Source: Lama guanicoe
Lineage: Eukaryota
Assembly (NCBI GenBank): GCA_013239625.1
Contig: MU053379.1
Location: forward strand, 3,826,866-3,890,865
Direction: 5' to 3'
Length of the DNA stretch: 64,000 nucleotides
Below the pieces are notes generated by a model, which did not search any database, was not told the origin of the DNA, and saw only the letters and a program-made list of their open reading frames with translations. Position numbers and translations under genes: made by a program. Position 1 is the first letter of the stretch. Each line of letters opens with the position of its first letter. Shown here one piece after another: positions 37,001 to 47,880 of this stretch.

Positions 37001-37614
37001 GAGGCTCTGAATGCAGGTCCTCCAGAGGCCTGTGTGTATCAACCAAGTGCATTTCGGGAAGCGGATGGAGTAAGGGTTGCCCTCCTGAGCCACAGAGGGG
37101 CCCGAGGTGGGGTCAGCAGAGCAAACGATAGATGGATCCCACCTCTGGTAGCGAGAAGTGAGGGGGGGATCCCTTGCTGCGTGAGGGGCACGTGGGGCTT
37201 GGTGGCCAAGGCAGGAGGGTTTAGGGTCTTAAGGCTGAGACCACGCCGCTCAGCCCCCTGTGAGGTGGCTGTCCTGACGGGGCAGGAGCAGAGGCGGAGG
37301 GAGCAGGTCTGCTTCGCTGCAGGAGACACTGAGATTGAGAGAAAGCAGCACATCCCCCACCCCGCCTGCTCCCGCGTCTGCGTCCCCGGGGTGGGGAGGG
37401 GTCCCTGGTGGGCGTGCAGGCCGCGGCTGAGGCAACACTCACTGCCTCCAGGGACGGCTTGTGTCCATTTTGGAGCGAATCCCCGGAACTTCATCCCAAT
37501 GTCACTGACCACCCTGTGCTCAGCGCCTGCTGGGCGCCGGCAGTGAGCTGTCGGAGAGCCTCTCCACTCCCCTGCCGCCTAGGATTCCCGGAATCCTGCA
37601 ACAGGTGCCACTAG

Positions 37615-37945
37615 AAAAATGCGATATCAAGGACGGAACAGAGGAACACCGATTCAAATAACTGCTGACTTAACAGGAAGAACGGAGAGCGGCGGGCAGG
37701 GAAACACCTGCGAAGTGCTGAAAGGGGGAAAAACGCCATCAAAGCAGAATTTTATATCCAACGAAAACATCTTCCAAGAAAACATCTTTCAAAATATGGA
37801 TGTTTTAAGAGAAAAGAATCAACCAGAACCTGTCCTAGTACAAAAGGGAGTCTTCAGCTGAAGGGGAAAATTACCAGACAGAAGGTCACCTCTGCATGGA
37901 GGTGAGAGCGGCTCGAGAAATAAATATGTGGGTAAATAGCACAGT
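37615..37945 (+). mobile_element. Old L1 ORF1 C-terminal fragment
   Basis: Translation RGTPIQITADL...CEVLK resembles L1 ORF1p KGTPIRLTADF...FKVLK; followed by AAATATGTGGGTAAAT. Confidence 0.7.
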
Positions 37946-37994
37946 CTACTGCTTCTTAATTTGTTCAAAATACAAATTACCGTCGAAAGTGGGG

Positions 37995-38110
37995 ACTGGG
38001 AAAGTCCAGCGTGTGGACCAAGTTCAGCCCACTGCTGAGGTTTGTAAACAAAGTTCTATTGGAACGCAGCCATGTGCATTTCCTTCCTTAGAACACGTGC
38101 AGACGGAAGA
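37995..38110. mobile_element. MER58-like hAT-Charlie fragment
   Basis: CAGCCCACTG..TTTGTAAACAAAGTTCTATTGGAACGCAGCCATG. Confidence 0.6.
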
Positions 38111-41100
38111 CGTACGACCACCACACGCACGGCCTGGTCGCAAAGCTCTTCCTGTCCACACCGCGCGGTACAGTGTTAACTCCGACCGACAGCGAGGAGC
38201 CAAGGATGTGTATCTTCATCTCTAGAACAACCGCTAAATAATAAAGCCGAGAGGAATAACGATCCAGCCAACGGGCACAGTAAAAATGGAACCCCAATAT
38301 TAAAGGAAAAAACATCAAGGGCCTTTGTGTTGGACCACCGGTCACATGTCAATCAGTGGTCCCTATTCTTAGCCAGAATCCAGCTCTTGCCTGGACCACC
38401 TGTGCGTGCTCCCCACCCCAGCGTAACTAGACATAAAAGAAGGAGCGTGTTTGGTTATTAACACAAAATGTCCTAATAGAAATTCGACACATCGGGGGAA
38501 CTGCTCTCTTGTTGTCCGAGACACTTTTCTTCCCCCTCCTTGACACTTGGCAAATCTGATAAAGACATTGAAGACCTGCTGGGGTAATTTACTACCTTCA
38601 TGTTTGTTTTGGGTTCAGGTTCCACATGACCCATAAAAAGTCGGGGCTCTCCTGGGAGGACAGAATAATAAAGGGCAGGCTTTCCTGAAGGCAGCTTCTT
38701 ATTTTTCAAACATGCTTCAATTATTTGTTGGCACCTAAAGCCTGAAATAGCTTGTCAAAGATGTGCTCGAAGTTCTGTCAAGTCGAAGGATGTTTCTTTC
38801 TCTTTTTGTGAAAATATGCCAGGGCAAGAGCTGTTTATAATTTTAGTTTTTTAGTCAATAAATAATACTTTAAATAGCTGATAAATTCAAAAGTAAATGA
38901 AATAACCTGAGATTCCTGTTTAACAGCTTTCCTACCAGATTCCCCTAAGTCATTAGAACACACTAGGGACGCCTTTTCCATAACAGAAAACTGTGTGATA
39001 TTCTGGGGTTTCTTGTGTTGGTCTATTTCTTACCCACCCAAGGAGAATGAAAGTTTGGTGAGAGCAGGGACCGTGTCTGCCTTGTTCACTATTCTGAGAA
39101 CCAGGCTTTGACAAGAAGAGCCCTCTGAGTATCTGTAACGCGTCTGTAAACCAGGACTGCCAGTGTTCCAAGGTGAGGATTAGCTGAGATACCGTGTGTG
39201 AACAACTTGGCCTTGGGTCCGGGGCGCAGGGAGCAGGTACCAACTCCACTGGGTTAAGGCACTGAAGTTCATGCTTCGTTCTCGCCCCCAAGTGGCTCAG
39301 GGACCAGAGTGAGGGGACAGATGGCTCACAGTTCAGTACCTCAACTAGCATGTGCTCCGACGGAGACACATACCGGGCGTTCCTGGCACCCGAAGGAGAG
39401 GGCAATGAACACATCCAAGGGTGGCTGGAAGTCAAATAGAAGGGCTCCCCAGGACTCAGGACTCAGGGAGGGACGTATTTCCAGGCAGAGGGGATTCCAT
39501 ATGCCAAGACCCCTGGGGAGGGGGACCACTTGGAGGTGCTGCAGGGAGTTCAATCCGGCCGGAACTTCCGGTGCCTCTGGGGAGGTGATCAGGGGAGGCC
39601 GGAGAGGCTCAGCTCAGAGGGCTGACGGTGGTGGCTTTCTGGGAGCTTTTTCCCTCCACCCAGGGTGGGTTGGTCGCAGCAGAAGCAGAAGCAGGCAGAG
39701 GAGAAACTGCCGTGCAAGGGCCCTGGGGCTTTCCTTTGATAAACGCAGGGAAATAACTCTCATCTGCTCACAAGCTGTTAATATTTCAGCTACAGACTGG
39801 CAGCTCAGGTGCTCCTGTGCCCATTACATGGATGAGCATGGTGAGGCTTGGCCTCCCAGCTCCACAGTGGGTGCCTTTGTCATCACATTAGTCTTCTTTG
39901 CTGGAAGGCTCTTTACACATGACGGGGGGTGCTGAAAACAAAGGCTGACAGCAGGCTTGGCCCCTGGGTGCAGACACATACCTCCGTCTCTCCGCATACA
40001 CTTACACGTCTGTATGTGGAGACCTATATATCCATACAGGGCCATACGGCCATACATCCCTATGTATATATAATGGTTTTCCTCTGGGATCTACAAGTGT
40101 TCCTGACTGAAACACAGATGATGGGAGCCACCTCGGGGTGGAAGGGAAGTGAAGTTACTGGTGTGTCCTTGTCCCTCCTCGGCCGACCTCAACCGTATGA
40201 AGTATCACCTGGCAACTCACCATGGATTATCTTCTTCAAATTTTTGGTTTGTTGGCTCATTTCACCTTTGGATAAAAGGCTCTTTTTATGATGGTAAGTA
40301 AAGCTGGAATTGCCAGAAAATGATTGGATGATTTTTCGTTGCTAATACGAAATGAAATAATCTGCCCCATGGCGATCCCAGCACCACTGCTGGTCAGGAC
40401 CAGGTGAGATAAGCTGGACCCAAAGCTCTTCTGTATTTTCCCTCTCGGTACAAAGAATCCTCCCAGAGTGGTCACGTGTGGGAGGCCTGTTTCCTCCAGA
40501 ATTAGAAAGTGCCTTCAAAGAACCCGCATGGAGATGATTTTGAGATGTGCCCTTGGTGATCTTGGACCGTCCACTTTATGTCTATGGACCTGTTTCCTCA
40601 GCCACAAAATGATGGCATTGTATGGGACAATTTTAAAGGCTTCCTCGAATCATGCAATTCTTAGCTTCAAGTCCAAGGTTGGTGTAGACTAAGCACTGTG
40701 TGGAGTGCAGTATAAGTTAATAGAATACTTCTTAGAGTAACAGGCCATAAAACCATGATTTTCCCCCCAAAACTCAAATGACAGCTTGACTGTCACATCA
40801 GCAGAAGCATCAGTCAGCCCCGTCAGCTGTGCTCCAGCTCTCCCCCGCCCTCGGAAGCTGCACGCACCACGGCTTTCCTCGTTGTATCCCATGGCCTATA
40901 CGAATGGCTGGCGCATAATACGTGCATGTTATACACTCACCAAGAGAAGCCTTGGCCTTACCTGGCACATAGTAGGTGCTTTATGAAACTTCAGCTACTC
41001 CAAATGAATTGTAATAGGTAGAAAAATGGACGGACAGCTAGAAATGACCTCCCTCCTGGGCCATGGGCTTGAGACAGAAACAACATGCAGAGATGCTGTT

Positions 41101-43125
41101 TTCCCTGAGGCAGTGAACTCCTCTTCTTTGCCTCATTTGGGGTTATTTTCTTGTTGAAATTGATGTGCTCTGGTCTCTTCCAGGCTGCTCGCTGACATCA
41201 GTGCACCAGCCTCACTGCAGCTGCCCTTCCCAGTCAGGCATGGATGTGCCCTCTTTGGGAAGCTTCCCGAATCACTGTCTACCTGGGTCGGTGCATCTGT
41301 GAGCCACCCACCTGCACCTGTGAGCTCACATTGCCCTCAGACCTCATGCCAGCTTTCTTTCCAAAGCTGCAGCTGCAACAGCATGGGTGCATGGGCACGG
41401 AAGCCCAGATGGGGTTTCTCTTCATCCCTGATGGTGTTGCTTCATCCTAGGGATGGAAAAGAGCCAGGGGGAAATGTGTCTGTTCAAGAGGGCAGTGCGA
41501 TGGATGACCGCTGTGAGGCCAACTGACAGCATCTGTGGCATCCTCACCTCAGAAGAGCTTGTGAGAGGCAGCTAGAAACATCAGCAGGGCATTAAAAGAT
41601 CAGAGGCTATGTTTTCAGCTTTCCCGGGGGCCTTCTGTGCAGGAAAAGCAAAAAGATAAATGAATAATAAATAACAAAATAACAGGGCGGAGAAGACGAC
41701 AAGGCAGCCTATGGGATCCTTCTAGCTAACTTCTGTGCTGCAAGACAAAGGGAAGAGACTTCCAATACCACAAACTGACATCAATTTGACAAACAAGATT
41801 ACAGCTAACCCAAAGCAGCCGAGCCTTACGGCTTTCCCGGGATTAGCAGGGCTTTGGTGTTTCTGTCCTTCTTCCCAGGATGGAACAACACATTGTCTGC
41901 CGCCAAACCAATGCAAGGAAATTAGTCACCATGCTCTCCTGCTGTTTACCAGTGTGTCGTTTCACATTCGCCACGACTGAAGCAGACGTAGATGTGTGAC
42001 AGAAGTCACCAGAAACTGACACATTGTAACTGACTACTTCCAAAAAAAGAAGTTACCCTAAGAGAGAACCGCAGCTATCAAGTAAAAGTCGCTTAGTGGG
42101 ACATCGTGCCATGGTTTCAGGATAAACAAGTTCACAAGTTTATTATCTGAGGACAAAAATCCTGTCTTGTGCTTGCTGGTGTTAAGTCACAAAACCCTCT
42201 TTTTGCTTTTTCTTTAAAATATGTGTTTTGGGGGGTGGATTATTTCTTGGAAATGAAAGTAGCTTATTCACAAAAAAAGCTCCAAATATGTCAGACTATC
42301 AACATTCAAGGAATAAAACAATGTGCACCTCTCTGTAGCCAGCTATTACGGCCATCCAGGGTGATCGCCCTGAGCCGTGGGTGCCGCCACATTTTTTGGT
42401 GTGTGTGTCAGCAGAGCTACAAAGGTAAGTGGTCTCTTGGCTGAAAAATGAGTGTGCTTGATTTCCAAGACATGTCCTATTTGTAATGAATCTACATGTT
42501 TGGCTCAGATCAAGATGCTGACAGGGCAGTAATATTGTTGCATTTATGGTGGATTCAAATTTGCGAGTGATGTTTCAAAAGTACCAAAGCTCTGGCCTCC
42601 AGGCGGCTCGCGAGAGGGGCCCGCCCTCGCCGAGGTAGCTGGCTCCCAAACGCCAGCGCGTGTCGCCGCGCCCTGCGCACTCAGGCGGGGAGGCTGCAGG
42701 GTTGGCTGGTGGGTTGGTTCCTGAATGAGATGAAGGTCCCAGGTCCCCCCCACCTTCATATCCTCATATGGTGCCCAGAGTAAAAGTCCTTGCCACCAGT
42801 AGAGCCAACATCCCTGTCGTGAGTCTCCTTGCCCAGGGCAACGGGGCAGTCTGAGTGGGCGGATCAGTGTAAACTCAGCACGCCTCCTGGAGGACCAGCG
42901 TAGCGGGCGTTTCTGCTGCTGGGGGCGGGGGTGCCAGGGCAGGCACAGGTAGCATGTGATCCCTGCGCGGACTGTCCGAGGCAGTTTCTTCCTTACTCGA
43001 GGGAACAGAAAGATCAGACACGAGGCGCCTGTCACCCTGCTGGCTGCAGCCATCACTCTGCCGTGGCCACCCCTTGGGATTTCTCCACATGGCGACAACC
43101 TTCCTGTCTCTCCTGCGCCTCAGAC

Positions 43126-43611
43126 TGAGGCGGGAAGCCCCATAAAAAGACCAGCAGGGCCCCCAAGCTGGGCCACTACTCTTGTGCCGGCACCATCCGG
43201 TTCTCTGGCCCAGAGGCTCTATCTCACTTTTTGCCTCTGAAAGAGCTTACTTACCCCTAAAATTCTATTGGTTCCCTGAGCTCACTTCTGATTGGTTATT
43301 TCCTTCACTCCCGATTGGCTGTTTCTCTCACTCCTGGTTGGTCTATTTCTACAAAACTTGTTCCTGGTTGGTCAACTTCTGTTGTACTTCATTTGCATAT
43401 GATGTTGCAAAGTGTAAAACTGGCAGCCTATAAAGGCCTGTGTAAACCTACAGACAGGGTCCGGAGCTTGGAGTGTTGACGCCTTTGTGCCCAGTGGCGT
43501 AATAAGCCTGAGTTCTCCGACCCTCTGAGTGCTGCTTGTTCTGTCCCCTGGATCCAGGTTGCTGTCACAACTGAGCTGTAACACCAAGCTGTGACACATT
43601 TTTCCACAACA
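43126..43611 (+). mobile_element. ERV1-class solo LTR (486 bp), same family as 1278-1855
   Basis: TG...CA ends; 4-bp TSD AGAC (43122-43125 and 43612-43615); 3 ATTGG boxes; ATTTGCAT at 43391; TATAAA at 43429. Confidence 0.9.
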
Positions 43612-44128
43612 AGACCCCATCCTTGTTCCCTAGAAGGTCCTGCTCTGACACTCTGCAGGCGTGAGGAGCGGGAAGTGGGGCCGGAGCTGGTAAACCATGA
43701 ATAATGGAAAGGAAAACTCATTCAGTTTGTTTTCTGGCAGTGAAAGGGGTCACGTGAGAACACACTAATTGTTTGAATCCTGGTTGGAAAATGTTAGAGG
43801 AATTCATTACTTAACTGAAAGGCAAGAGGAACTTCATTATTCTCTGGGCAAGTTCTTCCTGTGTCTTGGCAAGTGGGGCTGTGGATTTCAGGCGCACAGT
43901 GAGTGAGCAGAAGAAATGTGTCACTGTGGAGTGTTCCACCTGGAAGATTGCTTGGGATTCTAGGGGCTTAAAAAACGGAATGAAATTGTTCTCAAGGACA
44001 GTCTTTATCAAGCGTGTCATAACTGTATCAAACTGTGTCTGATGCTCTGATGACTGTTTGTGCCATGTTGTGAGCATGCTTTGATTTAATGTTCTGTCGG
44101 TCACCACTGACCGCTGACACTTCTAGCC

Positions 44129-44450
44129 CAGTGAGTGCTTCTCAAAGTGGTGAGGGACCAGCTTTCGGGAATTTCCGGTCCATCGTGTATTGCTGTGTGG
44201 TCTGACTGCACGTGCCCGGTGTCCAGCTGGCACCATATCCGTGGATGGCAGCATCCAAACCAGTCTGTATGCATTTCCATGACGAGTCCACTGAGAATGT
44301 GTTTGGATGTTGCAACAATGTCAAACAAAGTGCAACAGAAATTTCTAAGTGTCTCTGACTCTCAGTTGCTTACTTTGCCACAAACCCGTGGCAGGCAGGT
44401 AACATCCTGGCCCTGGTGGGGGTCACAACCCACACTCTGAGTGACACTGT
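44129..44450. mobile_element. MER5C-like hAT-Charlie element
   Basis: Termini AGTGCTTCTCAAAGTG and CACACTCTGAGTGACACTG resemble MER5 inverted repeats; internal TTTGGATGTTGCAACAATGTCAAA. Confidence 0.55.
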
Positions 44451-45245
44451 ACAACCTCCTACCTGCTTGGTGTCCTGGAAGTGTTGGGGGAAAGTACTGG
44501 GGGACCGTCACTGGGCAGGGATGCTGTCTTCAGGGAGGTGTTTTATGAAGATTATTCATTTGGCACTGAGTATGGAACAATGATTGAGTCTGAGGAAAGC
44601 AGGAAGTCCCCCAACCTGTAGACACCAAGTGAGAGTTCATAAAGAGCTAGAAGAACAGAGTCGGTCCTGAAAGGTGGTGAACAGGGGTCTGTGGTCTTCT
44701 GGGCGCCAGCCGTCTAGGGTGCTTGTTACGTAGACAGGAGAGTACAGGACTGTTGGGGGGTAGAAACCCAGTGGCTTCTGGAGGTTTCTCAGGAATCACA
44801 GAAGGGAATGGGGTACGAGGGTGTGATGGAGACTGGGTGAGCTGGGGGAAAAAGCCCACTTCAAGGAGATGACACTCAGTTCTAGATAAATCTGCTTTAA
44901 AAACAAAGGGATCGAACTCTTTCCTGAAAGCTCCTAATGGCTCAACTATTACTGGCTATCGACAAAGTTAAATAATTAAAAAATCTCGTGCCACAAAAAG
45001 AAAAAAAAACCAACCAACAAACAACAACAAACCAGCTAGTTTGTGACCCTTAAATACTCTCCTGGAGTTTCTACTCATGCACTATATTCCAGAAAGTTCC
45101 AGGGAATGTTGGAACGCCAAGGTATTTGAAAGTAATTCAAAACATAATTTTATATTAACACGGAGAGGGAAATACGTGATGAAGGGAATGATGAGATTTC
45201 CAGGTGATCTTAAGCTACATTGGATTTCAAACAAATGTGGAGGTT

Positions 45246-45259
45246 CCAGCAGAGGGCGG
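45246..45259 (+). promoter_or_regulatory. CTCF core motif
   Basis: CCAGCAGAGGGCGG fits CCASYAGRKGGCRS. Motif match only. Confidence 0.45.
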
Positions 45260-45458
45260 CAGCTTCGGGCTGGCCCTCCTCTCCCTGCAGGGGTGCCCTG
45301 GGGGTGCCCTAGGGGAGCACTCTGAGGAGCAGAGTGAGTAGTTTTCTGAGAACATCTTCAAAGTGCTGAGTCATCCAGTAAAAAGCAGAGTTTTTTTTTT
45401 TTTTTTAGTTAAAACACTTTCGTGGCTTTAAATATTTTACCTAAAATATTTCACTTTA

Positions 45459-45547
45459 GGGGTGAGGGTAGAGCTCCGTCGTAGAGCGTCCGCTTAGCAC
45501 GCATGAGGTCCTGGGTTCCACCCCCAGTACCGCCATTAAAAAATAGT
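45459..45547 (+). mobile_element. tRNA-derived SINE (Vic-1-like)
   Basis: GGGGTGAGGGTAGAGCTC..GTAGAGCG..CTTAGCA..GAGGTCCTGGGTTC..CCCCAGTACC with A-tail; degenerate flanking direct repeat. Confidence 0.85.
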
Positions 45548-45729
45548 AAAAATTTTCCCGTTAGAATCAAAATGAGAGCACACAATTCTGAGGAACCTCC
45601 CCACAGAAATAAATCTTTGTTTCACAGTTATTTCGAATACATTTTGATGTCACTTTGTTCAGAATATCCATTTGGAGGAGGTGCGCTGTTCTGAGGGATG
45701 ATGGGACCCGGCTGTCTGGGACACCTGAC

Positions 45730-45957
45730 CACCCTGAAAGCGGTGAAGAAGCTGCGGACAGAGCCCCCTCTGGGGCCTCCCCGAGAGGGCGCGGCCCCGC
45801 CTCTGCGGCTGCCGGCTGACCGCCTGGGAGGCGGCGTGCCTGCCGCGGGAGGGGCCGTGGGAGGGGCCGTGGGCGCGGACGGCGCGCGCCCCGTGCTTTC
45901 TGCGGAGCCTCTCCTGGGCGCCTGCGGCCCAGCCCGGCCGCCTCGGCGCGGCGAGAT
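45730..45957. promoter_or_regulatory. Small CpG island directly upstream of an L1 fragment
   Basis: CpG-dense; duplicated 12-mer GGGAGGGGCCGT. Confidence 0.45.
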
Positions 45958-45967
45958 TGTGTTGCTT

Positions 45968-46275
45968 CCAAAACAGAAATGAAAGTGTAACATAGACAAT
46001 GGACTTATAGTCACCAGGCAGTAAAGGGGCTGGTGGGGGGGACAAATTGGGAGTCAAGATTTGCAGATACACGCTTCCATATATAAAACAGATAAACAGC
46101 AAGGTCCTATTGTGCAGCACAGGGAACTGTATTCAATATCCTGTAATAGCCTATAATGAAACAGAATCTGAGAAAGAATATGTGTGTGTATAACTGAATC
46201 TCTGTGCTGCACCCTGAAACTAACACGACGTTGTGAATAGACTATGCTTCAATAAAAATACATAAAAACAAGAAA
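45968..46275 (+). mobile_element. L1 3'UTR with A-rich tail
   Basis: ATATAAAACAGATAAACAGCAAGGTCCTA..CAGCACAGGGAACT..CTTCAATAAAAA. Confidence 0.9.
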
Positions 46276-47129
46276 CAGGGAAGCAAAGCTAAAAGAAAAA
46301 AACTTATTAGGAACGAAAGGAAAGTATACACTGGAGGTGTCAGGTACAATCTGGGGACGTGAGCCCGGGCCCTGAGTGGCAGCCGCCGGCGGGTGCCATC
46401 AGCGTGGAGACCGGCTCCCAGGCCGGGCTGGTGGGCGGCCCTGCCAGGCACCAAACCCCGAAGTCTGCAGAAGAGGAAAGACAGTCTAGAAGAATCGGGG
46501 AGGGCTCGGGGCTGTCTGACTTTGGGACGCTTCGGCAGCAAACCCCGGGATGAGGACTTCAGTGCCAGGGGCCTATTGGGCTTTGAGAGAAGTAAGAGCA
46601 GGTGAGGGGGCGTGATCCGGAAAGAAAAGGGAACCCATCAAAGGCGCATCATGAATCCGGCTGGAGTGTGAGCAGCCGGAGCTCCAGCCCTTTGGGAAAC
46701 TCGGGGGGCCACGGTAGCCCACCCCCACCCCCCACCGAGCGTGCGAGCTGGGGTCAGCATCCACCCCGGGGCTAGAAAGCCTCAGCACAGCAGGGCTCCT
46801 AGAGCCACCAGGGCCCTTGAGACACGAGGAGCCGCACGCGGCAGCGCGAGCTGTGCACTGAAGACGCGCAGAGGCTGCCTCGCGTTTCCTGCTTGCAAAG
46901 CTCGGCATATGCTCATTGGAACAACAGTTTCTTCCACCACCGCCTCCTCCTTCCATTTTTAAGACCAGTCGGTGCCCCTGGTTTTCTGGTTTCTGGCTAC
47001 ATCTTAGTCTGCCTTTTGTGGGCTGATGACTGTTTTAAGAGTACAGGGGAGGTGGGCATAAAGTGACACACAGGTGACCCTTAGAGAGTAAGATTCAAGC
47101 CATCTCCCAGATGAGCGCTGGGCACTAGG

Positions 47130-47880
47130 TGGGGAGGGGGCTGCGCCGATGACCAGAGGCAGCCCGGGAGGCCCCTCCAGGCCGCCTCGGCCTTTCGCTG
47201 CTCCTATGTCTCAGCTCGTTCCCGTCTGCACACGGCTTTCTGAAGTCCGGCCTCTGCCTGCCTTTCTTCTGCAGACGAGGCAACGCGGGCGCGGGAGGTT
47301 GGGTGACGAGGCGTCTCACTCACGGCTGCCACACTCCGGAGTCCAGGTCTGAACTCCGTCCCCAGTGGCCGCTCACAGCCCCACGGGGTCACCCACTGTG
47401 GGAGAGACCACGGATGTGATTTTGTTGGCGACGAGGCACAACGGTCTCCCGGCAACAGGGATGTCCCTGTTGTCTCCCTGCTCAGTATCAGAGGGAACGT
47501 CGCGTTTGCAGGCGTGTCCTCGCAGGCAATCTGCCCAGACAGCGGGGAGCAGACTTCTGGAGCTGGGGGGCCGCGGGAGGGCCGCGCCGTCTGGAAGGCG
47601 GGCGGGTTGCGGGAGGCGTCCCGAGCCGAGCGCAGCCGAGCTCCCTCTAACGCGCGGCTTCTGCTGACGCGGCGTCCGGGCCGGCGGCCCAGAGGGGCGG
47701 GGGGCCTGACTGAGGCTCCCCTCGTGGCCCGGCCCGGGGGGGCTGGGTGCTCCGTGGAGGAGCTCACGCGCAGCACTGAGGTGAGAGGGTGCCGAGCCCG
47801 GGATGGCGGGACCGCCTCCGTCACGACGGCGCTTTACAGTCTAGCTGTGGGCGCGGCTTTGCCGTCAACACCCTGAAGGC
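47130..47880. promoter_or_regulatory. CpG island (orphan)
   Basis: CpG-dense, especially 47570-47830; GC box GGGGCGGGG near 47694. Confidence 0.55.

Noticed and set aside
31306..42430. Isolated strong donors (CAG|GTAAGT after 31306, AAG|GTAAGT after 42424)
   Set aside because: Only weak partner acceptors, and no consistent frame link to the candidate gene.
1278..43611. The two LTRs as the ends of one 42-kb provirus
   Set aside because: Each has its own distinct TSD (CTCA and AGAC), they differ substantially, and I see no gag/pol/env remnants between them.
45459..45547. tRNA gene
   Set aside because: It has an A-rich tail, and related diverged copies with TSDs lie elsewhere in the window, so it is a SINE.
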